NCBI RefSeq assembly: GCF_018398935.1
Contig: NZ_CP074694.1
Coordinates: forward strand, 570,001-602,000
Length of the DNA: 32,000 bases
Direction of reading: 5' to 3'
Origin: Telmatocola sphagniphila
Lineage (GTDB): Bacteria > Planctomycetota > Planctomycetia > Gemmatales > Gemmataceae
Position 1 is the first letter of the stretch. Every line of letters begins with the position of its first letter. Positions 21,873 to 30,789 of this stretch are shown here, piece by piece. The position numbers and the translations under genes are program-made. The notes under the pieces are model-generated. The model saw only the letters and a program-made list of their open reading frames with translations. It was not told where the DNA came from and ran no database searches.

Positions 21873-24647
21873 ATGAGCCGTTATCTAGTCGGAATCGACT
21901 TGGGAACCACCAATTCCGCGCTTGCCTACATCGATCTTCAGAGTAAATCCCGTAAAGGCGTAACCATTCAGCACTTTCGGGTTCCTCAGTTGGTGGGTAT
22001 CTCGCAAGTTGTCGAACGGCCTCTTCTTCCTTCCTTTCTCTACATCCCAGGGGAATTCGATCTGCCGCCGGGCGCACTCAATCTGCCTTGGACGAACGAG
22101 CAGAAATTCGCCATTGGCGAATTTGCCCGGGATCATGGCTCGAAGGTGGCAGGACGACTGATTTCCTCCGCCAAGTCCTGGCTCTGCCATCCGGGTGTCG
22201 ACCGAACGGCCCCGCTACTTCCCTGGGGAGCCCCGCCGGACATCCAACGATTTTCTCCGCAGGAAGTTTCTCGCAGATATCTTCGGCATTTTGTCGATGC
22301 CTGGAATAGTACAGTTGCCAAATCGGACGTGGAGAAACTGGAAGAGCAGCAAGTCGTCATTACCGTACCGGCCTCTTTCGACGACGTCGCCCGAAACATC
22401 ACACTGGAAGCCGCCAAACAGGCCGGCTTCAAAAATATCCGGCTGCTGGAAGAGCCGCAGGCCGCTTTTTACTGCTGGATGGGGATGTCTTCACCGTTGG
22501 AAATTCAACGGGTCGGCCCGGGCATGCAATGTGTAGTAGTGGATGTCGGCGGCGGCACTACCGATTTTAGTCTCATTCGGGCCGGGGAGGATACTGGAGA
22601 GCTCTCCTTCCAGAGAGAAGCCGTGGGGGACCACTTACTGCTGGGCGGCGATAACATGGACTTGGCTTTGGCTCGGGAGGTCGAGCCGACGCTCACTGGA
22701 TCGAGTAAGCTGGATGCAACCCAGTTCGCCATGCTCATTCAGGCCTGCCGTAAAGCCAAGGAAACGCTTCTTTCGGAAAATCCCCCAGAGAGTGTCCCCG
22801 TCACAGTGATTGGCCGTGGCCGTTCCGTAATTGGTGGCACGTTGACTGCTCAGTTGAAGAAAGAGCAGTTGCAAAAGTCTTTACTCGATGGCTTTTTCCC
22901 TGCTGTGCCAGTTGATGCAGAACCCGTCAAATCGAATCGGCACGGCATCCAGGAAATGGGTCTGCCCTACGTTCAGGATCCGGCAGTCACCAAGCATCTG
23001 GCCAGCTTTCTGAAAAAACATCTCCCCGAAAATACTCGCCCCGAGGCCATTCTCTTCAACGGCGGCGTCTTCACGGCCGGCGTCCTGCGAGATCGACTTG
23101 TGGAAGTCATGAAGGGCTGGTACGGAGAAGAGTGGAATCCGATTCAGCTCTCTACACCTTCGCTGGATCTTGCAGTCGCTTACGGAGCCGCCTATTCCGC
23201 CTGGCTGCTGCACACCGGTGGTAAGCGTATCGGGGGCGGTATCCCGCGTTCTTACTACCTCGGGATCGAAACCGATCAATCGATTGAAGAAAATCAGGCC
23301 AAATCGGTCCTTTGCGTCATTCCCCGTCGAATGCAGGAAGGGGAGACCATCGAACTGACAGAACCGGTCCTGGAGTTGTCCCTCGGCCAGCCCGTGCTGT
23401 TCCCCTTGTACAGCTCAACTGTTCGTGGAAAGGACAAAGCTGGGCAAATTGTCAAAATCAAGCCGGACCAACTCCTTCAATTACCACCGGTGCATACTCA
23501 GTTGCGCGGCGGCAAACGCAGCGGAGTGAAACAGGTTCCGGTAACTCTGGCGGCTCGCTGCACGGAGATCGGTACGCTCGAGCTATTCTGTATCGGCAAG
23601 GAAAAGGAAAATCGCTGGCGGCTGGAGTTCAATGTTCGCGATGCCGGTTTTAACAACGAGGAAGAGGCCGAGGAGAAGACTACTGCGGAATTCTCCGAAG
23701 TCCTTCCCGAAACTGTAGTTGCAGGCGCCATGGACACCGTCACCGAGACGTTTTCGAATCCGGAAATTGATGCTCGCGAATTGACCAAGAAACTCGAAAC
23801 GGTTCTGGGAGAATCCCGATCCGATTGGGCGATGCCGGTCTGTCGGCGCATCTGGGGGAAGCTGGAAGAGCTGGCCAACAGTCGATTCCTATCGCCCCAG
23901 CATGCTTCCCGCTGGTACAACTTGGCGGGCTTTTGCTTGCGGCCTGGCTTTGGCGATCCTCTGGATCGCTATCGGGTGGAATCTTTGTGGAAAATCGCGA
24001 CCACGCCCTCCGCACAAGGGGCGGTTTTCGATTCCGGCGCTGATTTCTGGATTATGATGCGGCGGGTGGCCGGGGGATTACCTTCGGGACTTCAGTTGAC
24101 GCTCTGGAATCGGTTGCGGCCGGTGCTGATCGCTTCCAAGGGGAAATCTCAGCCCAAACCGGCGGCGAACGAACTGGTGGAAATGTATCGAACGGCCGGT
24201 AGCCTGGAACGACTCGATACGAAGGTGAAGGATCAACTTGGTTCGAGTATTCTGGGACAGCTTTCCAAGGCCAGTTCGAGCGGGCATTTGCTGTGGGCGC
24301 TGACTCGTCTGGGAGCCCGTCAGTTGCTTTATGGTCCGATCAACTCGGTTTTGCACCCTCAGATTGTCGAAAAATGGGTCGAGCAATTGCTCCTGCTACA
24401 ACCGAAGAACGATGCGGAGAAGGTGAACTGGGCCTTCTGTCTGGCTCAATGGGGCCGGCGAACGGGGCAGCGGTCGATCGATCTTTCCGAGGATACGCGA
24501 AACAACATCCTGGCGGTCTTGCGGGATATGAAGATTCCCGAGCACTGGATTCAGATGGTGGAGGAAGTGTCGGTTCTGGACTCGGCGGAAAAATCTCAAC
24601 TGTTTGGGGAGTCGCTGCCGATCGGGCTGAAGCTGGCGGGGGGATAA
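21873..24647 (+). CDS. Atypical Hsp70-family ATPase with a long C-terminal extension
   Basis: The 924-aa ORF has these Hsp70 NBD motifs: VGIDLGTTNSALAY, VITVPASFDDVARNITLEAAKQAGF, RLLEEPQAAF, VVVDVGGGTTDFSLI, LGGDNMDLAL and ILFNGGV. After a beta-rich middle region, about 300 C-terminal residues match nothing I recognise. Confidence 0.8.
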   Translation: MSRYLVGIDLGTTNSALAYIDLQSKSRKGVTIQHFRVPQLVGISQVVERPLLPSFLYIPGEFDLPPGALNLPWTNEQKFAIGEFARDHGSKVAGRLISSAKSWLCHPGVDRTAPLLPWGAPPDIQRFSPQEVSRRYLRHFVDAWNSTVAKSDVEKLEEQQVVITVPASFDDVARNITLEAAKQAGFKNIRLLEEPQAAFYCWMGMSSPLEIQRVGPGMQCVVVDVGGGTTDFSLIRAGEDTGELSFQREAVGDHLLLGGDNMDLALAREVEPTLTGSSKLDATQFAMLIQACRKAKETLLSENPPESVPVTVIGRGRSVIGGTLTAQLKKEQLQKSLLDGFFPAVPVDAEPVKSNRHGIQEMGLPYVQDPAVTKHLASFLKKHLPENTRPEAILFNGGVFTAGVLRDRLVEVMKGWYGEEWNPIQLSTPSLDLAVAYGAAYSAWLLHTGGKRIGGGIPRSYYLGIETDQSIEENQAKSVLCVIPRRMQEGETIELTEPVLELSLGQPVLFPLYSSTVRGKDKAGQIVKIKPDQLLQLPPVHTQLRGGKRSGVKQVPVTLAARCTEIGTLELFCIGKEKENRWRLEFNVRDAGFNNEEEAEEKTTAEFSEVLPETVVAGAMDTVTETFSNPEIDARELTKKLETVLGESRSDWAMPVCRRIWGKLEELANSRFLSPQHASRWYNLAGFCLRPGFGDPLDRYRVESLWKIATTPSAQGAVFDSGADFWIMMRRVAGGLPSGLQLTLWNRLRPVLIASKGKSQPKPAANELVEMYRTAGSLERLDTKVKDQLGSSILGQLSKASSSGHLLWALTRLGARQLLYGPINSVLHPQIVEKWVEQLLLLQPKNDAEKVNWAFCLAQWGRRTGQRSIDLSEDTRNNILAVLRDMKIPEHWIQMVEEVSVLDSAEKSQLFGESLPIGLKLAGG

Positions 24648-24824
24648 CTCCCTGGATTTCTTCTTGTCTCGAGGATTTTTACGGTTCAAATTGCCCGACC
24701 AGCTTGGCCTGTTGAAGGCTAACAAAGGAATTCAGCGGATTTGACTCTTGTGTGAACTGATTCTCGTGCAAAAGCTCAAACTGGATCTGAATTCGAACCT
24801 CGTCACTAGCTAGAGTGTCTGCAA

Positions 24825-25982
24825 ATGAATCACTTTTTCTCCCTCGCATTTCTTTTTGTGCTACCCGCGTTTGCGTTTGAAGGACAGGATAAAACCCAAA
24901 GTGAAATAGAGGCCTTGGTTCAGAAGTTGGGTTCGAAGGCGTTTCGAGAACGGGAAAAATCGCAGCAAGAACTATTAGTGCTTAAAGAAGAATCCATTCC
25001 CCATCTCCGAAAGTTAGCCTCTCAGGCGACAGAGCCCGAAGTAAAAGGGCGGTTGAACCAGATTATTGAGACCCTTATCGGGAACTTTGCCAAGGAAACT
25101 CAGAAGTTTTCCGTGGAAGAAAAATCCCCTATTTACTCCATAGCCCTTTCGCCCGATGCGAAGTCCCTCTTTGCCGTTTATGGCAATAAATTGATACGTC
25201 GCTGGGATGTTGACAAGCAAAAGAGCACTGAGCTGAAATGCGATTTTGATCTTAGTTCGGTCCGTTGCTCACCAGACGGAAAATTTATCGCGGTAGCAGG
25301 TATCGCTAACTCAATTCTGATCTACGATTCCGCTGAACTGAAAAAGATCGGAGAAATTAAGTGCCCGAACGCTGAAGTTTTCGAAGCAGTCTGGTCGCCG
25401 AACAGTAAAAATCTGGTTTCGGTAGGCGGAGACAAATTTGCTCGACTGTGGGATTTGGAATCCGGAAAGTGCATCAAGGAACTTGAACTTGCCCGCTATA
25501 CATCCTCAGTTTGCTTCTCGCCGGACGGTAAGAAAATTGCCGCCGGTTCCGCGGTGGGAGATGTCTCCATCTGGGATGCCGAAAGTGGCGGCGAACTTTT
25601 GAGAATCCAAAAACATCCCCGATTGGTGAAGTCGATGCAATTTTCACCCGACGGGAAGCAACTTGTGACCGCTTGTTTTGATGGGACTGTGAGGCTCTTT
25701 GATGCCAATTCCGGCAAGCCAATAGCGAGTTTCGAAAGCCATTTCGGGAAGTTGTTTTCTGTTCGTTTTTCGCCCTCGGGTGACAAAATTGCCTGTGCGG
25801 GAAGTGATGGCTCGATAGGCCTATGGGAAATCGAATCTCACAAACCATTGCACACTTATACTGGTCACAAAGAACAGGTAATGGAGTTGCGTTTCAAACC
25901 CGACGGGAAAACCATCCTATCCGGAAGTTTTGATGGAACTCTCCGTTTCTGGCATGTTCCGATTACCTCCGAATCGCACTGA
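24825..25982 (+). CDS. Secreted WD40 repeat (beta-propeller) protein
   Basis: The signal peptide is MNHFFSLAFLFVLPAFAFEG. Seven repeats of the SPDGK...(W/F)D type follow: RRWDV, LIYDS, RLWDL, SIWDA, RLFDA, GLWEI and RFWHV. Confidence 0.85.
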   Translation: MNHFFSLAFLFVLPAFAFEGQDKTQSEIEALVQKLGSKAFREREKSQQELLVLKEESIPHLRKLASQATEPEVKGRLNQIIETLIGNFAKETQKFSVEEKSPIYSIALSPDAKSLFAVYGNKLIRRWDVDKQKSTELKCDFDLSSVRCSPDGKFIAVAGIANSILIYDSAELKKIGEIKCPNAEVFEAVWSPNSKNLVSVGGDKFARLWDLESGKCIKELELARYTSSVCFSPDGKKIAAGSAVGDVSIWDAESGGELLRIQKHPRLVKSMQFSPDGKQLVTACFDGTVRLFDANSGKPIASFESHFGKLFSVRFSPSGDKIACAGSDGSIGLWEIESHKPLHTYTGHKEQVMELRFKPDGKTILSGSFDGTLRFWHVPITSESH

Positions 25983-26120
25983 TCGGATATTTGAATTCTC
26001 TTTTCGGATAGGGTAAATCTACTACGCCGGTCGACTCGTCAAATCTCGGTACCCAGCGATGCTGAAAATTTGCCAAGTTCAGCGTGGCAATTGGCAAACT
26101 TCATTTCCCAGAGATCGACT

Positions 26121-26645
26121 ATGTACCGGTCCTTTATGTTGCTTTGTGTTGGTTTGCTGACTGCGGATTTATCATTGGATCAGAATTGTCTCCAGGCACA
26201 GCGGCCGCAGGGATATGAAGAAACAGTTCGCAAACAGTTGGTGGAAATCAAAAAGCAGTTCGAGTCCGACAAAAAAGAGGCCGAAGTCATTGCGGAAGTT
26301 CGCGTTCTGAGCGTCGTTTGCACCGAAGCTTCGGGCCAGGATCCGATGGAGCGTCTATTCGAGCTGAACATCTGCCTGCAAGTTCTGAAAGTCGAGAAAG
26401 GGAGTATCAGGAAGAACGACCTCGTCGTGGTTTCCCGTTCCGTCACGACGATACTTCATCCCTACGCCGATACCACTTTCTACCACAAATTTCCTGTGAA
26501 TCCCGGTGTGAAGGAAAATGTCGCGCTGAAGTGGGATGTCCAAGCCCGCCGGTATGGCATCGTTAGTGGTTGGGTCGCCGAACCCTTTAGTAGCGGACTG
26601 AACTTTCCCCGGGAAGTGGGCAAAGCGATCTCGGCCAAGGAGTAA
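26121..26645 (+). CDS. Hypothetical exported protein
   Basis: The ORF has a hydrophobic N-terminus, MYRSFMLLCVGLLTADLSL, when started at the ATG at 26121 (track start 26070). I recognise no family motif. The call rests on length, position and the signal-like N-terminus only. Confidence 0.5.
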   Translation: MYRSFMLLCVGLLTADLSLDQNCLQAQRPQGYEETVRKQLVEIKKQFESDKKEAEVIAEVRVLSVVCTEASGQDPMERLFELNICLQVLKVEKGSIRKNDLVVVSRSVTTILHPYADTTFYHKFPVNPGVKENVALKWDVQARRYGIVSGWVAEPFSSGLNFPREVGKAISAKE

Positions 26646-26703
26646 GGAAATAGCTCGTATTGATGGTTGTTCACGATTCGAAGGGTTGAAGAACGCAGCG
26701 CAT

Positions 26704-26735
26704 AAAAAAAGCCGGATTGCTTGGAGCAATCCGGC
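26704..26735 (-). terminator. Strong rho-independent terminator (minus-strand polarity)
   Basis: A perfect 10-bp stem, GCCGGATTGC / GCAATCCGGC (26711-26720 / 26726-26735), encloses a 5-nt loop. On the minus strand it is followed by TTTTTTT (26704-26710). On the plus strand only TTCTGG follows. Confidence 0.75.
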
Positions 26736-27001
26736 TTCTGGAACCAGACTAACTGATGGGTCCCGTCCATCCCTTCGGCAGCCTGGCTGTCTGATAAACA
26801 CCCCCCTCGGCATCTATCAGACCCACAGCTTTGCGCCCCCGCCTCGCGACGAGTTTGCCCTTAACGAGGAAGGTGTGGTACCTTCACGGTGAACTTGTCG
26901 TTCACGAGGAAAACCTAGCTCAGCACTGCAGTGATGCAAACCACAAAATCACTTTTTTCCCCACTTCTTTCCTGGCCTGATTTTTTCCTACGGGACGCGA
27001 A

Positions 27002-27478
27002 TCAGCTTAAAACCTTGGGTTTGGTTTCCAGCCAGTCCGAAGGAATCGGCCGACGAGCTTCTTCATCCCGGTAGTTCCAGAACTGGACCTGTTCTTCCGG
27101 GGGTTGCCAGGTGAAGTAAGCTGGGCGGTTGTTAATGTTCGTGGGGAAACCAATCCGGCTGTGCGTATCGTCCACCACCGAGATTCCCAATTGCTTGAGC
27201 TCTTGCATGGCGGATTTCATTTCGCTATCGCAGGTGCCGAGTTCCTCGACGATGCGATACCGGCGGCTTCGCGATTCCCAAGTCAGTTCCCGCCGGAATG
27301 CATCCAACTGGTTGAGTTCCCGTTGAAGCTTGCAGCGGCGAAGGCTGTTAGCCGACATATCCTGGGCAATTTGTTTAACCAGCGGTAACATCCGGTTAGC
27401 CGTCTGGATGTCGAATTCCGCCGTCTTCCTATTCTTGTTTGAGAACGACCCGAAGGTTCGTTGTGATGGATTTTTCAT
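27002..27478 (-). CDS. DUF2203-like protein
   Basis: The 158-aa ORF matches the DUF2203 pattern as I recall it: FDIQTANRMLPLVKQIAQD, a coiled region, then LKQLGISVVD...IGFP...AYFTWQPPEEQVQFWNY...RRPIP. Confidence 0.55.
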   Translation of the reverse strand: MKNPSQRTFGSFSNKNRKTAEFDIQTANRMLPLVKQIAQDMSANSLRRCKLQRELNQLDAFRRELTWESRSRRYRIVEELGTCDSEMKSAMQELKQLGISVVDDTHSRIGFPTNINNRPAYFTWQPPEEQVQFWNYRDEEARRPIPSDWLETKPKVLS

Positions 27479-27631
27479 ATGTGCCTCACGGGCTAGAGTA
27501 AGGGAGTTTTTTCCTCCCTATTTTGATCATACGTCGTGGTTCAAGGAAAAATGGGGGAATTTTTCGGTTTAATCCTTAGATAACGATAAGACCCCCAGAA
27601 TCTCCCTCTCTTTAAGAAAATACCGACCGAA

Positions 27632-29500
27632 TCAGGCGTCCTTCCATCGTACGAACGCTTCCATGGCATAATATTCGGGCAATCCAAACTGGTCGTACAG
27701 TTGGGCGGTCTGGGTGTTCCGCCATTCCGCTCGCTGCCAGAATTCCCGCTTGTCCGCACTGCCGGGAAACATAGCCCGATCTTTTTGAGACTGATGCCGG
27801 AATATGGCTTCTTTTTTGCGGTCCAGAACGTCCGAACTCAGCGGAACGGCCATTTCGATTTGATGCGGTTCCCACTCCTCCCAGGCGCCACGGTACAGCC
27901 AGACATCGAAGTCCTGCTTCTTCGCACGAACCCGGCGGACAGCCTCATAAATGGCCTCTGCACAGAGTCGATGCGTGCCGTGCGGGTCGGAGAGTTCCCC
28001 GGCGACATAGATCTGATAAGGTTTCAATCTTTCGAATAAGTTCACAATATCAGTTATGTCCTGCGGGTGAATAGGATTTTTTGCAATCGTGCCCGTTCTG
28101 TAGAATCGAAGGTCCATAAATTCGAGCTGTTCCGGAGGAATTCCGCAGGCCAGCGCGGCCGCCCGGGCTTCCGTCTCCCGAATCAGAGCTTTAATTTTCA
28201 GAACATCGTCCGTGTCGGGCTGGCCCGGTTTCTTGTTCTTCAGGAACTCCGTCACCCGCTTTTTGACTTCCGAGGTATTCTGCTGGTCGAGCTGGAATAT
28301 GCGGTGGAAAGATTCCACGAAGTCGGTGAATCTCAAAGCATCGTGGTCGAATACCGCGATATTCCCGTTCGTCATGTAGGCGATGTGAACTTTATGCCCC
28401 TGTTCCACCAGGCGAATAATCGTTCCTCCCATGCTGATGACATCGTCATCCGGATGAGGGCTGAAAACCAAAATGGTTCGCTTCGGATCATTTCCCGCCG
28501 GGTGATTGATAATGGTCTGGAACCGATCCTGGAAGACTCGGTAGCCCAAATTCTCGGCCGGGCCATGCTCCCGTAGCAGTTCGTAGAGGTGATGTTCCCG
28601 GAAATCATTATCCGAAAGTTTCAATAATCCTTTGTGTACCTTCAAACTGAGCCAGATGACCGCCTGTCGGATTAATTCGGGTTTCCAGACCACCGGGCCG
28701 ATTTCCCAGGGACGGCGATATAGCGTCAAATCGCTGGCGGCGGCGGCATCGAGAATGAAAGTCGAATCCGAATGCTCCTGCAGGAAGCTGGCCGCAATCG
28801 ATTCCGAAGGTGGATTTTCGACCGCTTTCTGAACGGTTGGGGCCTTGTGCTCGCCGAAGGCCATCAGGATGACTTTGCGAGCTTCGAGAATGGTGGCCGT
28901 GCCCATTGTGATGGCCTGCTGGGGGACGTTCTCTTCCCCGAAGAAACCCGAAGCCGCATCGCGTTTGGTCACCGGATCCAAGGTGACGAGTCGCGTTCGC
29001 GCCGTTTTGGGAGAACCTGGCTCGTTGAAGCCGATGTGTCCGGTTCGGCCGATTCCCAGGATTTGGATGTCGATCCCGCCCGCTTTGCGGATTGCTTCTT
29101 CATAGCGTTCGCAGTGATCGGCCACGGCCCCCGGTTTCACGGTGCCATCGGGGATATGGACATTTTCCGGCTTGATATTGATGTGCGAGAAGAGCGTTTC
29201 CTGCATCCAGCGGTTGTAGGAGTGAGAATCGTCCTTCGGCATCGGGAAGTATTCGTCCAGATTGAAGGTTACCACCCGCGAGAAATCGAGGTTCTCTTCC
29301 TTATGCATGCGGATTAGTTCGCGGTAGAGCCCCACCGGCGTCGAACCGGTGGCCAACCCCAGAACAGTGGGAACGCCCGAAGCATTGTTTTCGCGAATCA
29401 TCTTGGCCATCAGAGTGGCCACATGCCGCGCAGCATCGGTACTGGTCGGAAATATCAATGTGGGCATCCGGGTCGAAGGTGCTACCGTAGGATTCATCAT
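27632..29500 (-). CDS. nagB: Glucosamine-6-phosphate deaminase (NagB) fused to an LmbE/PIG-L-type deacetylase domain
   Basis: The N-terminal half has the NagB motifs LGLATGSTPVGLY, FNLDEY and LGIGRTGHIGFNEPGS. The C-terminal half has ILVFSPHPDDDVISMGGTI, the PIG-L/LmbE HPDD motif. I chose the ATG at 29500, preceded by AAGGAAAAG; the track start is 29548. Confidence 0.8.
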   Translation of the reverse strand: MMNPTVAPSTRMPTLIFPTSTDAARHVATLMAKMIRENNASGVPTVLGLATGSTPVGLYRELIRMHKEENLDFSRVVTFNLDEYFPMPKDDSHSYNRWMQETLFSHINIKPENVHIPDGTVKPGAVADHCERYEEAIRKAGGIDIQILGIGRTGHIGFNEPGSPKTARTRLVTLDPVTKRDAASGFFGEENVPQQAITMGTATILEARKVILMAFGEHKAPTVQKAVENPPSESIAASFLQEHSDSTFILDAAAASDLTLYRRPWEIGPVVWKPELIRQAVIWLSLKVHKGLLKLSDNDFREHHLYELLREHGPAENLGYRVFQDRFQTIINHPAGNDPKRTILVFSPHPDDDVISMGGTIIRLVEQGHKVHIAYMTNGNIAVFDHDALRFTDFVESFHRIFQLDQQNTSEVKKRVTEFLKNKKPGQPDTDDVLKIKALIRETEARAAALACGIPPEQLEFMDLRFYRTGTIAKNPIHPQDITDIVNLFERLKPYQIYVAGELSDPHGTHRLCAEAIYEAVRRVRAKKQDFDVWLYRGAWEEWEPHQIEMAVPLSSDVLDRKKEAIFRHQSQKDRAMFPGSADKREFWQRAEWRNTQTAQLYDQFGLPEYYAMEAFVRWKDA

Positions 29501-29741
29501 CACTTTTCCTTTACAGGACAGTCTTAAGTGAATGGATATTTGTAGCAATTGACCTGAAGAGGGCGAGGGAACTGCGGCCCCGGCAAAAAACTGTGATCAA
29601 AAAATATTTCAGTGGCCTCGAACCGGGCGGTTTTTCACAGGTTATTGCATCTTTTCGCTCCGTTTTGGTGCTGCCGAATAAAATTAAGTTCAACGGCAGA
29701 CTGGATCGAAGTCGCCGCTAGTTTCCAATTGCGAAGGCAAA

Positions 29742-30767
29742 ATGCAAATACGTCTTAACGAAACCGTTCGCCAACTCTCCGAGAAAACCACGGTTGAGCA
29801 ACTGCTTCAGGAACTGGGTCACGATTCGAAAAGGGTCGCTGTCGAGTTGAACCGCGAGGTCCTGCCGCGGGAAGTACACCCCAGCACTCAATTGAAGGAA
29901 AACGATCAGGTGGAAATTGTCACCTTGGTCGGGGGCGGTTCGGATCCGCTGAAAGATAAACCTCTGAAGGTGGGTAAGTTTACCTTCCAAAGCCGACTCT
30001 TCACCGGGACCGGCAAATATGCCAATTACGGCCTGATGAAGGAGAGTCTGGAGCTAAGCGGATGCGAAGTGACTACAGTAGCTGTGCGCCGCGAACGGCT
30101 GATAGACACTCAAGGCCGCAACTTGTTGGATTACCTCGATCTGTCTCGCTACACGATCCTGCCGAATACCGCGGGCTGCTTCAATGCCGAGGATGCCATC
30201 CGGCACGCCCGGCTGGCTCGCGAGTTGTTGAAGAATCTGGAAAACCCGGGAGCCGATTGGGTGAAGCTGGAATGCCTGGGTGACAAAAAAACTCTGCTGC
30301 CCGACCCGATTGATACACTCAAAGCCACAGAACAACTGGTCAAAGAAGGCTTTCAGGTTCTCGTCTACACCAGCGACGATGTGATGCTGGCAAAGAGACT
30401 GAAGGAAGCCGGGGCGGTCAGCGTAATGCCGGCCGGGAGTCCGATCGGTAGCGGGCAGGGGATTCTGAACCCCAATAGCATCCGCATTATTCTCGAGTAT
30501 TTGAAAGAGAACGACCCCGATTATCCTGTGATCGTCGATGCCGGGGTAGGCACGGCCAGTGATGTCGCTTTTGCCATGGAACTGGGTTGCGATGGCGTGC
30601 TGCTCAACACTTCTATTGCCTCGGCGGAGAATCCCCTGCGAATGGCTCATGCCATGCGTTGGGCCACCGAAGCGGGACGGCAAGCGTATCTGGCCGGTCG
30701 GATTCCCCGGAAAATGTATGCGACCGCCAGCAGCCCCATGGAGGGGCGAATCTCCGCCAGCAAGTAG
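29742..30767 (+). CDS. thiG: ThiS-ThiG fusion (sulfur-carrier protein fused to thiazole synthase)
   Basis: Residues 1-66 end in [10 protein letters not shown], a ThiS-like ubiquitin-fold C-terminal GG. A short linker follows, then the ThiG motifs [42 protein letters not shown] and [10 protein letters not shown]. There is no stop codon between the two parts. Confidence 0.9.
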   Translation: MQIRLNETVRQLSEKTTVEQLLQELGHDSKRVAVELNREVLPREVHPSTQLKENDQVEIVTLVGGGSDPLKDKPLKVGKFTFQSRLFTGTGKYANYGLMKESLELSGCEVTTVAVRRERLIDTQGRNLLDYLDLSRYTILPNTAGCFNAEDAIRHARLARELLKNLENPGADWVKLECLGDKKTLLPDPIDTLKATEQLVKEGFQVLVYTSDDVMLAKRLKEAGAVSVMPAGSPIGSGQGILNPNSIRIILEYLKENDPDYPVIVDAGVGTASDVAFAMELGCDGVLLNTSIASAENPLRMAHAMRWATEAGRQAYLAGRIPRKMYATASSPMEGRISASK

Positions 30768-30789
30768 TGCCCAAAAGAACTCCGAACGT

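Noticed and set aside
24781-24815. A TTCGAACC string resembling a tRNA T-loop.
   Set aside because: The flanking sequence cannot form the T-stem or the acceptor stem, and there are no D-arm or anticodon-arm equivalents. It is not a tRNA.
26355-26813. A 152-aa minus-strand ORF.
   Set aside because: It runs through the strong terminator hairpin and is antisense to the exported hypothetical gene. Its composition is implausible for a real protein.
29549-29741. A possible TPP (THI-box) riboswitch upstream of thiS-thiG.
   Set aside because: I could not find the CUGAGA ... ACCUGAUCUGGAUAAUGCCAGCG-type core by eye. Only an isolated ACCTGA is present. A covariance-model scan would be decisive.
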